A DNA stretch of 64,000 nt from Eledone cirrhosa (GCA_964016885.1 OZ024744.1:85064001-85128000), one strand, 5' to 3'. Shown: positions 27,095-41,996, counted from the stretch's first letter. Numbers and translations: made by a program. The notes: generated from the letters alone by a model not told the origin.

Positions 27095-28120
27095 GTACAA
27101 TGAAAAAATATGGAAGAAACAGAAAGACTTAGGAGACTGGGTGGAGACGGAATAGGGAAAATAATTTTAGAGAAAAAAAACAGGTCTATTCACGAGGGCT
27201 TATGTGATTCGGAGAAAATATAGGAAACTAGGTGAAATTATAATTCTATTTTAAAATGTATTTTTTGCTTGCAATGATTACTCTGTAAATTTTTACACCT
27301 AAATATAATTTTAGAAAAAATGTGCTTCTACAAATTATAGTTTTTAGCCTATATACTATTTGAGTTATTTCAAGTGTAATGTGACTGGAATATTTATAGT
27401 TTATTTTATTCTTATATTATTGCTATTCCCTTTAATTAATCAAATTAATCTAGGTAGAATTTATTTTTTATTTAGAGATATATTATAGGTCTATTTCTAG
27501 CTATTCTCTAAATCTCTGACTTTTCACGTCAGACCTATAGTTTTAAAGCTAAAAGTACATGTGATTTTATTTATAATATTAGTGTGTCTTTTTGCTAAGA
27601 GATGGTTTTTGCTGTCTACACATATAACATCACAAGATATTTCACTTGAATTTTCTTGTAAAAGCTATAAGGTATGTCTTAAGACATTGCTTACTAATGA
27701 GTTTACGGCGTATTAATTTGTTAATTAATTATCTTAATTAATGTTTCTACTTTTGGTACAAGGCCAGCAATAACACCAGTGCATTACTGGTACTTTATTT
27801 TATCGACCCCGTAAGGATGAAAGGTAAATTTAACTTCGGCGGATTTAAACTTTAGAACGTAAAGAGCCGTAACTCTATGCTGAAAAGCATGGTATCTGAC
27901 GCTCCTCGAATAAGTATGAATTTGTAGGAGAAATTATATTTTGATTTTAGATGTATTTATTGCTTGTAATTCTTACATTTAATAAACTATAAATTTCAAC
28001 ACCCAAATACAATCTTTTAAAACACGAAGCTCTACAAATTATAGTTTTTTAGCCTATATATGGTATTTCAGCTATTTAAGGTGTAATGTGACTGAAATAA
28101 TTATATTTCAGATTTTAATC

Positions 28121-28214
<94 letters not shown>

Positions 28215-28959
28215 TTAATCATTTTGATCAATACATCATAAAATATTGATTGTATTGTCTGGCAAATGTACAAGCCAACAGGAGTGCTAAAAATAGCTCA
28301 ACCTTAGGCCCTTAAACCTGCTCGACTAAATTAATATTTTAAAATATTTCTTGGAGAAGTTATACAATAATACATCACTAAATATTGCCTACATAAAATG
28401 TATTCAATATATAATTGTTTCTACTTTTGGCACAAGGCCAGCAATTACACAGTATATTACTGGTATTTTATTTTATCGACCCCGTAAGGATGAAAGGCAA
28501 AGTTAACCTCGGCAGGATTTGAACTCAGAATGGAAAGGGACGTAACTCTTTGCGGCGTCCGATCCTCTACCGATACTGCCATTCCACCATTCAATATATA
28601 ATGATTATATATTTGTTGTTGTTGTTTAGTCAAAGTAGAAAAGACAATGATCAAGATCTTTTTTCAAGTTCTCTAAAACATTTAGGAAAGGGTGGGTATG
28701 AACGTATCTTCAAAATGATAACCTTGTCCTAATGCTAGCTTCAAAGTGGAGTCGACGGCCAGGTTGTAGAGTTAAACTGAATATCGGATTATGTCTAATA
28801 CCCATAAATAAAAGTGTATATTATATCTTCATTAGTAATCCTACAGATGAAATATTTCGGAAAACTTTCAGTTTTTTTCTTCCTGTACCGTTTCAATGTT
28901 TTATTCAAAGTTGTATTAGATTTCATCGAATAGGGAAGACAAGTAAGAACAAATGATAA

Positions 28960-30520
28960 TTTTATTTGAAGGCGACTGCACTTGCGGTGCAAGCAAGCAC
29001 TAAAAATAGCAGCAGAGACAGTAAATGCGTCCAAAGTTAAGACATGGGATGACTTTGGGGTTAAGCTGTAATCCTACTTTATATCTGCAAATAAAGTGTT
29101 CTGACAGACCACCCACCGACTTTGTAATAAAAGGCCTCCTCCGCACCTGCTATCAGGAATGTGTCAAGGGTTTTCCTTTCTTCATAGGTGGATAGAATAC
29201 TTTGATGACCTCCTAAACCCGATCACAGCATCTTCTGATGCACACGAGGTGCATGTGAGAGTGATGACTAATATCTCGGAGGTTGAGGCCGCTGGGGAGG
29301 AGTAACTTTGGCCCGATATGTTAAAAGCCTTAAATAAAGAAAGTATTCTCTGGCTGACTTGTGTGAACCGGGTGGCCTGGATCTCTGAAAAAGCAACTAA
29401 GCAATGGCAATCAGGATTGATAATCCCAATTTTCAAAAAGGAAGACAAGAGGGATTGCTCCAATTATAGAGGGATCTCCTTGTTAAACTCCCCAGTAAAG
29501 GCCATAATAAGTGACTGGGAAAGAGATGTAGGGGGATTGTCGAGTTCAAGCTAGCTGATGAACAGTGTTGCTTTCACCCCGGAAAAGCAGCGCAGCCGAC
29601 CAAATATTCAGACTGCGGCAAGTCGTCGAGAAATCGAGGGAGTACTGTCTATTCTTGCTTTGTAGAACTCGAAAAGGCATATGATCGCGTTCCACGGGAC
29701 CTGCTGTGGAAGGTTCTCCATGAGTATGGGATCGAAGGTCAGCTTCTTGCTGTCCTTCTTGATGTCTCTATATGAATACCCGAGTATTTGTGTTCAGATA
29801 AATGGTGCTCAATCAAAAACATCCAATGTAGGAGTTGAACTCCGTCAAGGGTGCGTACAGTCACCTCTCCTATCGGTAGGGGGTCGGACACCATGGTTTG
29901 CAACAAAGAGTTACGGCCCTTTATGTCTGATTTCAAATCCCGCCGAGGTTAACTTTGCCTTTCATCCTTACGGGGTCGATAAAATAAAGTACCAGTAATG
30001 TACTGGGTAATTTGCTGGCCTTGTGCCAAAAGTAGAAACAATTATTTTCATGTACAGGATTGACATGTGTAGCCGGGTTTGGAGTGGTGTCACGACTGGC
30101 GGGTGTAAAATCAGTTGGCTGTAATTTACAAATGACATGGTGTTACTTGACTCGACAGAAGGTGATCTCTTGTACTTGATAGGTTTGATGCCGAGTGCTG
30201 CACAGCTGGAATGAAAATCAGTACTGTGGAAACTAAGGCACTCACCCTTTCAAGAAAGTCTGCGTAGTGCATTATACATCTGAATGGAGTTCCACTGAAG
30301 CAGGTAGAGACGTTGAAGTATCTCGGAACTGTGTCCACAAGTGATGGCATGCAGGAGGCTGAATTAAGTGCAAAAATTACAGGAGCTGGTGCAGGAATAT
30401 GCCAGCTTCAGCATTTGCTAATCAGAAGAAGGAAGGCAGGTGTAAAAGTCAATCCCGCTTCAATTCGGTATTCGTGCCAACCCTTTCTACAAAGCTTTTA
30501 CAGAATAAGACGTCACTCAG
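28960..30520 (+). mobile_element. Decayed RTE-clade LINE RT region, split by a SINE A copy (~29872-30045)
   Basis: WQSGLIIPIFKKEDKRDCSNYRGISLL; CFVELEKAYDRVPRDLLWKVLHEYGI; LRQGCVQSPLL; GMKISTVETK; LKQVETLKYLG. Confidence 0.85.
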
Positions 30521-30984
30521 TGGCAAGATTATACAGCTGGTACTCAATAATTTCCAGCTTAAATGTATTGCCCAAGAACACGATGCGCTGCCCGGACCTG
30601 GAATTGAACTCACCTTATGATCGTGAGCCGAACACGCTAACTCTTCGGCCACGTGTCTTTACAAAATTACATTACGTAGTTCACAGTTAGCAGAAGAACA
30701 ATTCTCGGGAATGGAATAAATATGGAATGGACCTCCGTCTGTTTCAACGATGAGTGTTCCTGTTGTTCAATCAAGAGAACAACATGCTCCTAATATTATT
30801 GTGTAAGCACGTGTACTTTTTAATGTAATTTTCAGCGTGATTCAGCATGACACAGCGATGTTTCAAGACTGGACCTTTGAATTATATATACTGTCGATAC
30901 GGCGGGCTTCTAAAGTTTCCAATATATTAAATATCACACACTAATTACCATAGTGCCGTGGCTATGGCAAATGGCACTTACTTT

Positions 30985-32670
30985 CCAGTGGGATCGAACC
31001 TGGGACCTAATGGTTACGAGGTGAAATTCTTAACCATTCAGTCATGTCGTATCCACACCATATAATTCTTGGGAATAAATAAACAGAAGATATTTGCTTC
31101 TTACATTGCTTATTATAGACACCTGGCTATGATAAATGACATTTACCTCAGATAGCATACCGTGGGATTGAACTGTGGTCATAATGGTTGCGAGGCGAAA
31201 TGCGAAATTTCTTAACCATTCAATCATGCCGTATCCATACCACATAATTCTTGGGAATAATTGAACAGAAGATATTTGCTTCTCACACCATTTACCATAA
31301 ACACGTGGTGTGATGAATGACATTTACCTCCGATAGCATACCGTAAGGATTGAACCAGAGACACAATGGTTGCAACGTGAAATGCGGAACTCTTAACCAT
31401 TCAGTCATGCCGTATCCGTCTATATTATAAAGCTGTATGTAACAAACTTGGACCAAACAGTACCAAATTTGCACCATAGATGTAACCTTTTCCAAGTAAG
31501 AAAGTGAGGGTATTTTTGTCTTCTAAATTTCGTTAAAAGATTAAAGATATTTTATCGTTTATTTAAATATTCACTTCTTTAAAATTTTCAAATGTCACCA
31601 CTTCCGGTTATACGACATTCCCCTCTCTTTCTTAGTCTGTCTTTTTAGATAGATACATAGCTATAACGCCAGATCCTTATAATATGTCTCTGTATGTCTG
31701 GCTGTCTGCATTAGGTACATAGCTATAACGTCGCATGCTTCTAATATATGTCTGTCTTCACGAACCAAAGTATCGTTTTCCTGTTTTCCTTCGGTTGCAA
31801 CGTTTTTCGAAATATTTACTTCTGCATTCACAGATTGATTTTTTTAATTTCAGAAGATCCCGTTAAGGGTGAAAACAGCGATTCTTTGCTTAAACTTTAA
31901 TCTGTTATTTTAATATATATATATAATTATATATTCGTGTACAGATATTTGTGCATACCCCAAAACAAAATATAAACAAACGTATTTATTTCACGAAAGC
32001 ACAAACGGCTTATCGTCATTGTTACTGCCGATATGCCACCAAAAAGTCCCAGCTTGGCCGCAAAATCAGATTTTCCAGAAGAAAAAATGTTACTAGAGCA
32101 ACAGAGAGACTAAGCTTCGCGATTACCATCAACAAAGCTCAGGGTCAAACCCTAAAAGTGGCTGGCCTGCATCTGGGAAAACCATGCTTCTCCTATGGTC
32201 AATTGTATGTTGGATGCTCTAGGGTGAGTTCGCCAAACAATCTCTTCATCTTTGCTCCTTTAACGTACTGGTTGCTGAACTGGGGAATCCTAAAAACTAT
32301 TCAAACCCAACACCAGAGCACGTTAACCCCCACCCCACCCCACCCCACCCCCTCGTTGACTTGAGAGAGCGTACGGCATCTTTGCACTGGAGTGGTGGAG
32401 GGGGGAATCTTGAAAAGATAAAATGCCGGTATACCTAGCCGGCCGGGCCAGTTAGTACCTTATAATTCATGGGAATAATTGAACAAAAGATTTTTGCTTC
32501 TCACACCATTTACTATAGACATGTACCTATGATAAATGACATTTACCCCCCGATAGCATACTGTGGGATCGAACCGTGGTCATAATGGTTGCGAGGAAAA
32601 ATGCGAAATTTCTTAACCATTCAATCATATAATTCTTGGTAATAATTGAACAGAAGATATTTGCTTCTAC
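30985..32670 (-). repeat. ~180-bp tandem repeat containing a tRNA/SINE head (about 4 units), split by a Helitron
   Basis: Repeated ccattca.tcatgccgtatcca...ataattcttgggaataattgaacagaagatatttgcttct near 31035, 31216, 31397/32456 and 32617. Confidence 0.7.
31419..32455 (+). mobile_element. Non-autonomous Helitron carrying a PIF1-helicase C-terminal fragment
   Basis: 5' TC, 3' hairpin CCTAGC-CG-GCCGGG then TTAG|T; no TSD; host repeat resumes at the junction; RLSFAITINKAQGQTL...CFSYGQLYVGCSRV at ~32105-32260. Confidence 0.8.
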
Positions 32671-33272
32671 ATTCTACATTCTACATTTTACAATCTTATT
32701 CTCTTGTTTCTAAAACAATCAATTCCAGCAATTGTCTTCCATTTATTCAAGGTGATTCTCATCATTAGTTTATCTTGTTTGTTTCTTTTTTGTTTGTTTC
32801 TTTTTTTTTTTTTTACATTCTTTCTGGTATCAAATAGAGGAATTATGGCTTTACGAATCATGTCGCAAGAGACACTGTAAAATGTAAAATACCATTTTGT
32901 AAATCTATCCTTTCTCCTTGTATGTTAAGACTCATTTTATTTTATTTTTAGAAACCTCCAAGATTATCTTATTGATTTTCATTGGTTCACTGCAGTCATA
33001 GAATTATTTTTCTTCAACAACTTTTATGTTATTTTGGTAGTTATTCGTTATTCCACAATTGTATATGTATCCTGGACACTATTATTATTTAAAAGACGAT
33101 TTTACTTTGAAGGTGATTGGTAAACATGTTATATAGGTTCTAGTGTATAGTTATCGGTTGATGGCATCTTTTCAGTATCAGACAAGGAATTCAATTTAAC
33201 GAAAATGTTTTTTGACAATATTAGACCAATGAATGTAGTTTCCAAACGTCCATTTTGTTTTGTTTTTGATTA

Positions 33273-33936
<664 letters not shown>

Positions 33937-34342
33937 TACGCCGTCAGAGGTGGTGCTCTGTCAGAACAGAATCGTTAGAGGGACAGACAAGAACGCCGTG
34001 ACTACTTGCGGCTCTTTACGTTCTGAGTTCAAATCCTGCCAAGGCCAACATTGCCTGTCATCTTTACTGAGGTCAATGATTTAATCGACATTCTTCTGCC
34101 CCTCCAAAAATGCTGGCCTTGTGATAGTTCTAGAAGGAGTTATTATTGCTCTTGTTTATTTCAAACGTAAAGACGTGTGAAATAAACAAGAGCAATAATA
34201 ATTCAGGTGTCATAAGTTATATATATTTTTTTTTTAAATATTGTTAAAAGTTTCTTGAATTTATTTAGATAAAGGCTTCTTGTGTATCATGCAAAGAAGG
34301 TGAGTTTCAAAATTCTGTTCATAGGGAAAAAAAATGTGTATA

Positions 34343-34799
34343 AAGTGTAACCCCCAGCATTCGCGGTCCCGGTTATTCAAAGACTTTTTTATGGCTTTTT
34401 TTTCTTTCGTGGCAATATATATTTTTTCACCCTTTTTAACGTTAAATTATTGATCACAATATACCATATTTGCTGGCCTATATATTACATTATGAGGTGG
34501 TTTGGCAGTATCGGTAGAGCGTCAGACACAATGCTTTGCAGCATAGTTATGGCCCTTTGCGTTCTGAGTTCAAATCCGCCGAGGTTAACTTTGCCTTTCA
34601 TCCTTACGAGGTCGATAAAATAATGTACCAGTGATGCACTGGGGTAATCGCTGGCCTTTGCCGAAAGTAGAAACTCTATATATTATATTATATTTTTACG
34701 TTTACAAGCATTTTTATGGACCACGTCCAATATTCGTGGTTTTTCACTCTTCGCAGGTGCTCTAGGAAGGAAATCCCCGCGAATACCGGGGGACAACTG
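34343..34799. mobile_element. Tigger/pogo-type MITE, copy 1 (SINE A inserted ~34496-34673)
   Basis: Imperfect TIRs AAGTGTAACCCCCAGCATTCGCG / CGCGAATACCGGGGGACAACTG with TA flanks. Confidence 0.65.
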
Positions 34800-34982
34800 T
34801 ATTTAAATGAAAAGATACGCCTATTTTTTTTAGCAAGGAAAAAAAAAATAGAGGGAAAAGATGGTCCAGTCATTGCAACAACAGGGTGTAGCGGCTAAAA
34901 TTGTTTGTTCGGTGAAGAGAACAGCCAAATAGAATTTCTTACTGATAAGAATAATTCGTTAACTAAAAATAATATCGATACA

Positions 34983-35302
34983 TAGTGTACGCCCGGCATT
35001 CGCGGTCCCGGTTATACGCGGAATTTTCCTTAGAACCCAACTAATAATTGTTCGCGGAAACCACCGTATATTCGCGGAATCGTATGGGTTTTTTCGTGGC
35101 AATATATTTTTTAATGCTAAATTATTAATAACAATATACCGTATTTGCTGGCCTATTGGACGACCCTTTTTTTTTTTAGTATATTTTACGTTATATTTTG
35201 ACGCTTATAGGTATTTTTATTAACCACGTCCAATATTCGCAGTTTCTCTCTCTTCGCGGGTACTCTAGGAGGGTAAGCCTCGCGAATACCGGGGGACAAC
35301 TT
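34983..35302. mobile_element. Tigger/pogo-type MITE, copy 2
   Basis: Same TIRs and internal sequence as copy 1. Confidence 0.65.
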
Positions 35303-35524
35303 TATATATATACACACACACACACATATATAATATATATATATATATATATTATATATATAAAAGAAATAGGATTTCGCTTCAAGCATAGCTTTATACA
35401 ATATGTATAAATATTTCGTATCACCAAGGAAATACGGTTTTAGGAAGCCGTAGCTAGGCAAACACCGGAGGGGGGGGGGGGGCTAACGCCCTCTGGTGAT
35501 GTCCAGCAGAAGCAAGGGGGGACA

Positions 35525-35568
35525 ACCGTCTATGCATTTCAGGCTTAACTGGCCTTCGTCAGAACGGT
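35525..35568 (-). ncRNA. Type-I hammerhead ribozyme
   Basis: ACCGTT-CTGACGA-AGGC CAGTTAA GCCT-GAAAT GC ATA-GACGGT; all core nucleotides canonical. Confidence 0.88.
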
Positions 35569-35941
35569 CCCTCCCACCGCTTGCGACTGCTGGACTAGAA
35601 GACAGGCGAGATTATATACTTTTCTCGTCTGTGTAAATGAGGTGATTAATCTCATCTGCATATGAAGCTGCATAAGTTGGCTCAACTTATAATAAAAAAG
35701 AAATAGGATTTCGCTTCAAGCATAGCTTTATACAATATGTATAAATATTTCGTATCTCCAAGGAAATACGGTTTTTGTATGAAGCTATGCTTGAATCGAA
35801 ATCCTATTTCTTTTTTATTATAAGTTGAGCCAACTTATGCAGCTTCATATGCAATTGAGATTAATCACCTTATTTACACAGACGAGAAATGTATATATTC
35901 TCAGCTGTCTTCTAGTCCAGCAGTCGCAAGCGGTGGAAGGG

Positions 35942-35985
35942 ACCGTCCTGACGAAGACCAGTTAAGCCTGAAATGCATAGACGGT
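35942..35985 (+). ncRNA. Type-I hammerhead ribozyme (inverted copy)
   Basis: ACCGTC-CTGACGA-AGAC CAGTTAA GCCT-GAAAT GC ATA-GACGGT; one helix II mismatch. Confidence 0.82.
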
Positions 35986-36092
35986 TGTCCCCTTTGCTTC
36001 TGCTGGACATCACCAGAGGGCGTTAGCCCCCCGTTGTTTGCATAGCTACGGCTTTCTAAAACCGTATTTCCTTGGAGATACGAAATATTTAT

Positions 36093-36166
<74 letters not shown>

Positions 36167-36199
36167 GTATTACACGATTTCAAACAGAAATATGTGTGT

Positions 36200-38610
36200 C
36201 TTTTCAAAGGGACTTTATTCAGGTATACGGGGTGAGTGTCGGTCCAGATTGCAGAATGAATATCAATGCTTTCTAGATGGCCTGCTGCGACTCTCGATAA
36301 CGAAGGCGGAATGTTGCGAAAAGCTGATAACAGCCATTGAAATACGAAAGGCGATGACGAGAGTTAAATCATCTGGCTTATCATCTGTTCTACGATCTTT
36401 TCGCTTATATGCCAAACTTGTTCGGCGTCCTCTTGGAAGATATCTACTGCAACCGACAAAAGATTGGGGAAATCCAGTTTCTGAGAGCCGTAGTGAAGGC
36501 GCATGGCTTAGTGGTTAGAGCATTGGGCTTGCAATCGAAAGGTTGTGAGTTCAATTCTTGGACCGGGTGATGTGTTGTTTCCTTGAGCAAGACACTTTAT
36601 TTCACGTTGCTCCAGTTTATTCAGCTATAGAAATTAGATGATAGGACTGGGGTCCCTATCATTAAATTACCCAAGACACCTCCAGCAAGACATACCTTGG
36701 AGGAGGCCAGCTAAACCTGCATAGGTATGAGCAGTCAGACACACACAGTGCTGCTGAGAAAGGACTCAAATGAAAAGATCCATATTGACAATTTTCGGCG
36801 CATAACTGCTGAACACAGAGTTGAATATTTTAGCCAAGGTGGTAGCAAAGAGGTTTGAACTTTCCATCGATTGGAGAGGCATTGACAAGCTCCATCCACA
36901 TCAACCCCCACTTCATGCTATATATCATAAACATTTTGATAAGTAACCTGGCACGGGTGGAACGCTGATAACTTAGATCAGTCAAAAGCTTTTGATAGAC
37001 TCTATCATGGTTACCTGACGGTCGTCCTCATAGCAGCCGTCTTTAAGAGTTGGGTCGCTGCAATGTAAAAATAAATCGGGGTAAATGGCCGCCTATGTGA
37101 AACAACCAGTATCATGTGCTCGGTTCGTCAAGGCTGGCTCATTTCGACTCTTTTGTATGTATTAAATCTAAAGCAATTACTACAGAAAGTTTAGGCATTG
37201 AAGGGTTCCCGCGTGAGCTAGGATGCAGGGGATCCGAGTGGGTATATGTGGATGGCGTCACCTTAGTAGTGTTTTGACATCAAGCCCATCAACGTGAGAG
37301 ACACTGTTCTGATGGAATACGAAGTGGTGATACAGCTGAAAATTACTAGAAAAAGTCAGTGGACTGTAACTTGGCACCAGAGTGGCAGGTACATGCCACC
37401 CAACAGTTTGGTCCAGATCTCCACATATGCTACCCGAAAAAAATATTCAAAGGAGATATGCAAAGAACCTGTTTTTCTTTTCTTTTTAAGAGATTAAATG
37501 GGACTAACGAACCAGTAACAAACGTTTATCAAAGAATTTTGATATCCTTTTGAATATTTACTATACAGGTGGGCGATGGAACATATTTCTATGTGATAGT
37601 GGGCGATAACGCAGAAAAAGGTTTGAAATCCTTACCGTAATAGATGATTCGCAAACATGTGCTGTGGATGAGATCCCTAGCTTTTCCTTGACACTCTTAG
37701 GTAAAGCGAAGACCGAAAAGGAACGCTTGACAATAGGAATATCGTCAAGTGCTCACAGCCCACAGTCTGACGGTCGGTGGAAACTACAAGCTGGCGTTCT
37801 ATAGAAGGTAGTGGTGGTTAAAAGCGATGGCTTTGAAGAGACTAGGCGTGGAAGAAAATGAACTGCGTAGTCTGTTCCGGATGTTCTATAGATAATTTCA
37901 AGAAATTCCTGGCTTGGTAGAGATAAGCACTACAGCCATCAAAGTGTCATCAGCCGGAGCTGTCAGAGTTGTACTGAAGGTGACGAAACCGTCCTGCACT
38001 GACTATTTAAGTTCCCGAATATTGTTGACCTGTAGAATTATGTCGAACAGTTGTTATCACGTGTAGGACGAATCCGGTTATCAGCTAAATCCAATGTCAA
38101 GATCACACAGTTGCCTTCCTCTGGCCAGGAAAGGCAGGCAGTTTTTATCTGTCCGGAGGCAATGGTAAAAGAGGATGACTGGAGGACGTGACTGAAAGGA
38201 CAGAAGATAATCACTTTCATCGGCTTTTTCAAGTTGCACATGGAAAAAAAGGGTGAGGGTTGAGCGAGAAGTGTTGTCCTGACCGCCAATATATTTATGA
38301 AAAAGTGGGTAAATATAGTGAGAATGGCCTCTGTGTTTGAGTTTAATAAAATTTTGCGTCTGCAAGCTGGAGAGAATAGAGTTGAGATGGTACCCTTGGT
38401 GATCGAGGTGATGTCAGACCTGTGGTGTTCTTAAATTACAGATGGGTGGTACTCTCACGGCTTTGGGAATTCTATTCTTATAAATTTGTTGTTATTTTGT
38501 TACCTGCTTTATTTTTTCTCAGTTTACTCGTCTGTATATAAATCCAGTTTATATGTAATCCCCAACGTTTTCGGCCTGAATGGCCAATGATAACATTATT
38601 ATTCTTATTA
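36200..38610 (+). mobile_element. Heavily decayed Tx1/L1-clade LINE (RT to 3' end) with an inserted SINE B
   Basis: Colinear similarity to 14246-16330 (AECCEKLITAIEIRKAM; gacaattttcggcgcataactgctgaac; ttagatcagtcaaaagcttttgatag; tatgtcgaacagttgttatcacgtgtaggacgaatccggttatc); (TTA)-like tail. Confidence 0.8.
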
Positions 38611-38626
38611 TTGTTGCTGTAAGGAG

Positions 38627-39003
38627 GGTGGTGGATTGGCAGTATCGGTAGAGCGTCGGACATGATGCTTCGCGGCATGTAGTTGCAGCCCTTTACGTTC
38701 TGAGTTAAAATCCCGCTCAGGTTAGCTTTGCCTTTCATCCTTACAGGGTTGATAAAACAAAGTACCAGTCACGCACTGGGGTTGATTTAATCGACTTTCC
38801 CCCTTCCCCTTCAAATTACTGGCCATGTGCCTATATCAGAGATCAGGATTGGTAATATCGGTAGAGGGTCAGACGCTATGCTTTGCAACATAGAGTTACG
38901 GTCCTTTACAGTCTGAGTTCAAATCCCGCCGAGGTTAACTTTGCCTTTCATCTTTACGGGGTCGATAAAGTAAAGTACCAGTAAATCAAAAGTAGAAACA
39001 ATT
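38627..39003 (+). mobile_element. Two tandem SINE family A copies
   Basis: Head and core motifs present twice. Confidence 0.85.
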
Positions 39004-39021
39004 ATTATTATTATTATTAAT

Positions 39022-39054
<33 letters not shown>

Positions 39055-39229
39055 AATACCAATGTATATAACGTGTGGTATGTTGACTGTATATATATAT
39101 CTATGTATCATCTCGTAGACTCGTGACGTAGAAGAGTGACAATTGCAGTGTTTTTGTCATCGTATTTATCTACACAGACACATTTATGTACACTGCTATG
39201 GTCATTCGCTCGAATTATCAATATGTATG

Positions 39230-39270
<41 letters not shown>

Positions 39271-39430
39271 TCATACACACACACATATATAGATATATAT
39301 ACATATATATACATATATATATGTGTGCGTATGTATGTATGTATGTATGTATGTATGTATGTATGTATGTATGTATGTATGTATGTATATATATGTATAT
39401 ATATATGTGTGTATGTGTGTGTGTGTACAT

Positions 39431-39507
<77 letters not shown>

Positions 39508-39526
39508 TATATACATACATACACAC

Positions 39527-39562
<36 letters not shown>

Positions 39563-39772
39563 CGTTGTGTGTTTGTATGTATACATTGTATGATCATGCA
39601 ATGTACATTTTTACATTTCTACACACACACACGCACACACACATACACACACACACCCACCCACACACGAACCCGAACACACACATACATATAATTCACA
39701 TATGAATATTCAAATAAAACATGTACACTGAGAGGCCGCGAAAAAAACAACACACATACACTATAATATCTC

Positions 39773-39865
<93 letters not shown>

Positions 39866-39884
39866 TATATGTATGTATGTCTAT

Positions 39885-39953
<69 letters not shown>

Positions 39954-40244
39954 TATATAGTAAATGTTATAAGTCAGTCAATTGACTAAGCCAAAATCTG
40001 ACAAGGCAAACGGATTAACCTTCTTTCTTATTGACAATAGGATTTACATTGTGACCTTTCTGGAATCATCTTTATTAACCGGTCGTAGATGACTTGTCAT
40101 GAAACTACATGATTTTTTTTCCTCTGCCCGCCTTCCCACCCCTTACTTGTAAAACCGGGTTTCATTCCCTTATAGCAACGTGTTTGTTCTTTTGGTTAGA
40201 AAACAAACATGTTTAGCATATAATAAATATTTAAAACAATGATT

Positions 40245-40276
40245 ATTCTCTTTCTTTCTCTCCTTCTTTCTTTCCT

Positions 40277-40351
<75 letters not shown>

Positions 40352-40592
40352 GTTTGACTGTCTTTCATTTTGCTTTCTTTCTTTCTTTCTTTCTTTCTTC
40401 TTTCTTTCTTTACTTCTGTCTGTCTTCCTTTATTTTTTTCTATTTTACTTTTTACACTTCTATTTCTCTATCTTTCTCTCCCTCTCATTGTCTCCCACTC
40501 TCTCTCTCTCTCCCTCTCTCTCTCTCTCGCTCTCTCTCTATCTCTATCTCTATCTCACTCGCTCTCTCTCTTTCACATGCTCTCTGTCTCTC

Positions 40593-40637
<45 letters not shown>

Positions 40638-40955
40638 CTCTCTCTCTTTCACATGCTCTCTGTCTCTGTCTCTCGCTCTCTCTCTCTTTCACATGCTCTC
40701 TGTCTCTGTCTCTCGCTCTCTCTCTCTTTCACATGCTCTCTGTTTCTGTCTCTCTGTCTTGTCTCTCTGTCTCTCTCTCGCTCTTTCTTTCTCTCCCCCT
40801 TTCTGCCTCTGTCTGTCTGTCTGTCTCTCTCTAGCTCTATTTCTCAATCTCTCTTCCTCTCTCCTTTTCTCTCACTGTCTGTCTGTTTCTCTCTCTCTCT
40901 CTCTTACACTCTCTCTAGCTCTCTCTCTCTCTCTCCTCCCTCTCTCTTTCTCCTT
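40245..40955. repeat. Polypyrimidine (CTTT)n/(CT)n tract
   Basis: Direct reading. Confidence 0.95.
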
Positions 40956-41314
40956 TCATCTAAGATATCATTTATGTTGTTATTTATGTAGTTATTAGAA
41001 CATCAGATAAAGTGCCTTGTAGTAGTTGTGCCGGCTCTCTGCTCAGTGAGTTCAAATGCCGTTGAGATCAACTTTGCCTTTCATCCTTTCGAGGTCGATA
41101 AATAAAGTACCAGTCTAGTACTATATCTCTTCCTCACTTCCATTCTCTCGCTATCTCTCTCTATCTTTCTCTGGAAGAAATCTGCTGTATTCAGGCCTGG
41201 GGAGAAGGTGGGCCCGACAGGTTTTTTTTTAAATGCTCTAGAAACGTCACATACCACTACGACGCCATTACGACTCCCTCAAGAGTTACGAGACAATGAA
41301 TGCATGTTGTTGCT

Positions 41315-41352
41315 GTAGTAGTAGTAGTAGTAGTAGTAGTAGCAACAGCAGC

Positions 41353-41396
<44 letters not shown>

Positions 41397-41402
41397 TGGT
41401 GA

Positions 41403-41471
<69 letters not shown>

Positions 41472-41487
41472 CAGTAGCAACAGCAGC

Positions 41488-41564
<77 letters not shown>

Positions 41565-41570
41565 TGGTGA

Positions 41571-41657
<87 letters not shown>

Positions 41658-41688
41658 TGGTGATAGTAGTAGTAGTAGTAGTAGTAGC

Positions 41689-41738
<50 letters not shown>

Positions 41739-41744
41739 TGGTGA

Positions 41745-41792
<48 letters not shown>

Positions 41793-41940
41793 CTACAGCA
41801 GTAGCAGCAACAGCAGCAGTAGTAGTAATAGTAGTAGTGATGGAGGTGGTAGTAGTAGTAATAGTAGTAGTAGTAGTGATAGTAGTAATAGTAGCAGCAG
41901 CAGTAGTAGTGGTGGTAGTGGTGGTAGTAGTGGTAGTAAT

Positions 41941-41996
<56 letters not shown>

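Larger units (their letters stand above)
35362..36093. mobile_element. Hammerhead-containing retrozyme-like element, 334-nt monomer plus inverted copy
   Basis: 35362-35441 is repeated at 35696-35775; 35775-36093 is the inverse of ~35405-35735; TA/CA flanks; no ORF. Confidence 0.8.

Noticed and set aside
27235-28110. Diverged ~170-bp direct repeats as LTRs
   Set aside because: No TG..CA ends, PBS, PPT or TSD visible; AT-rich.
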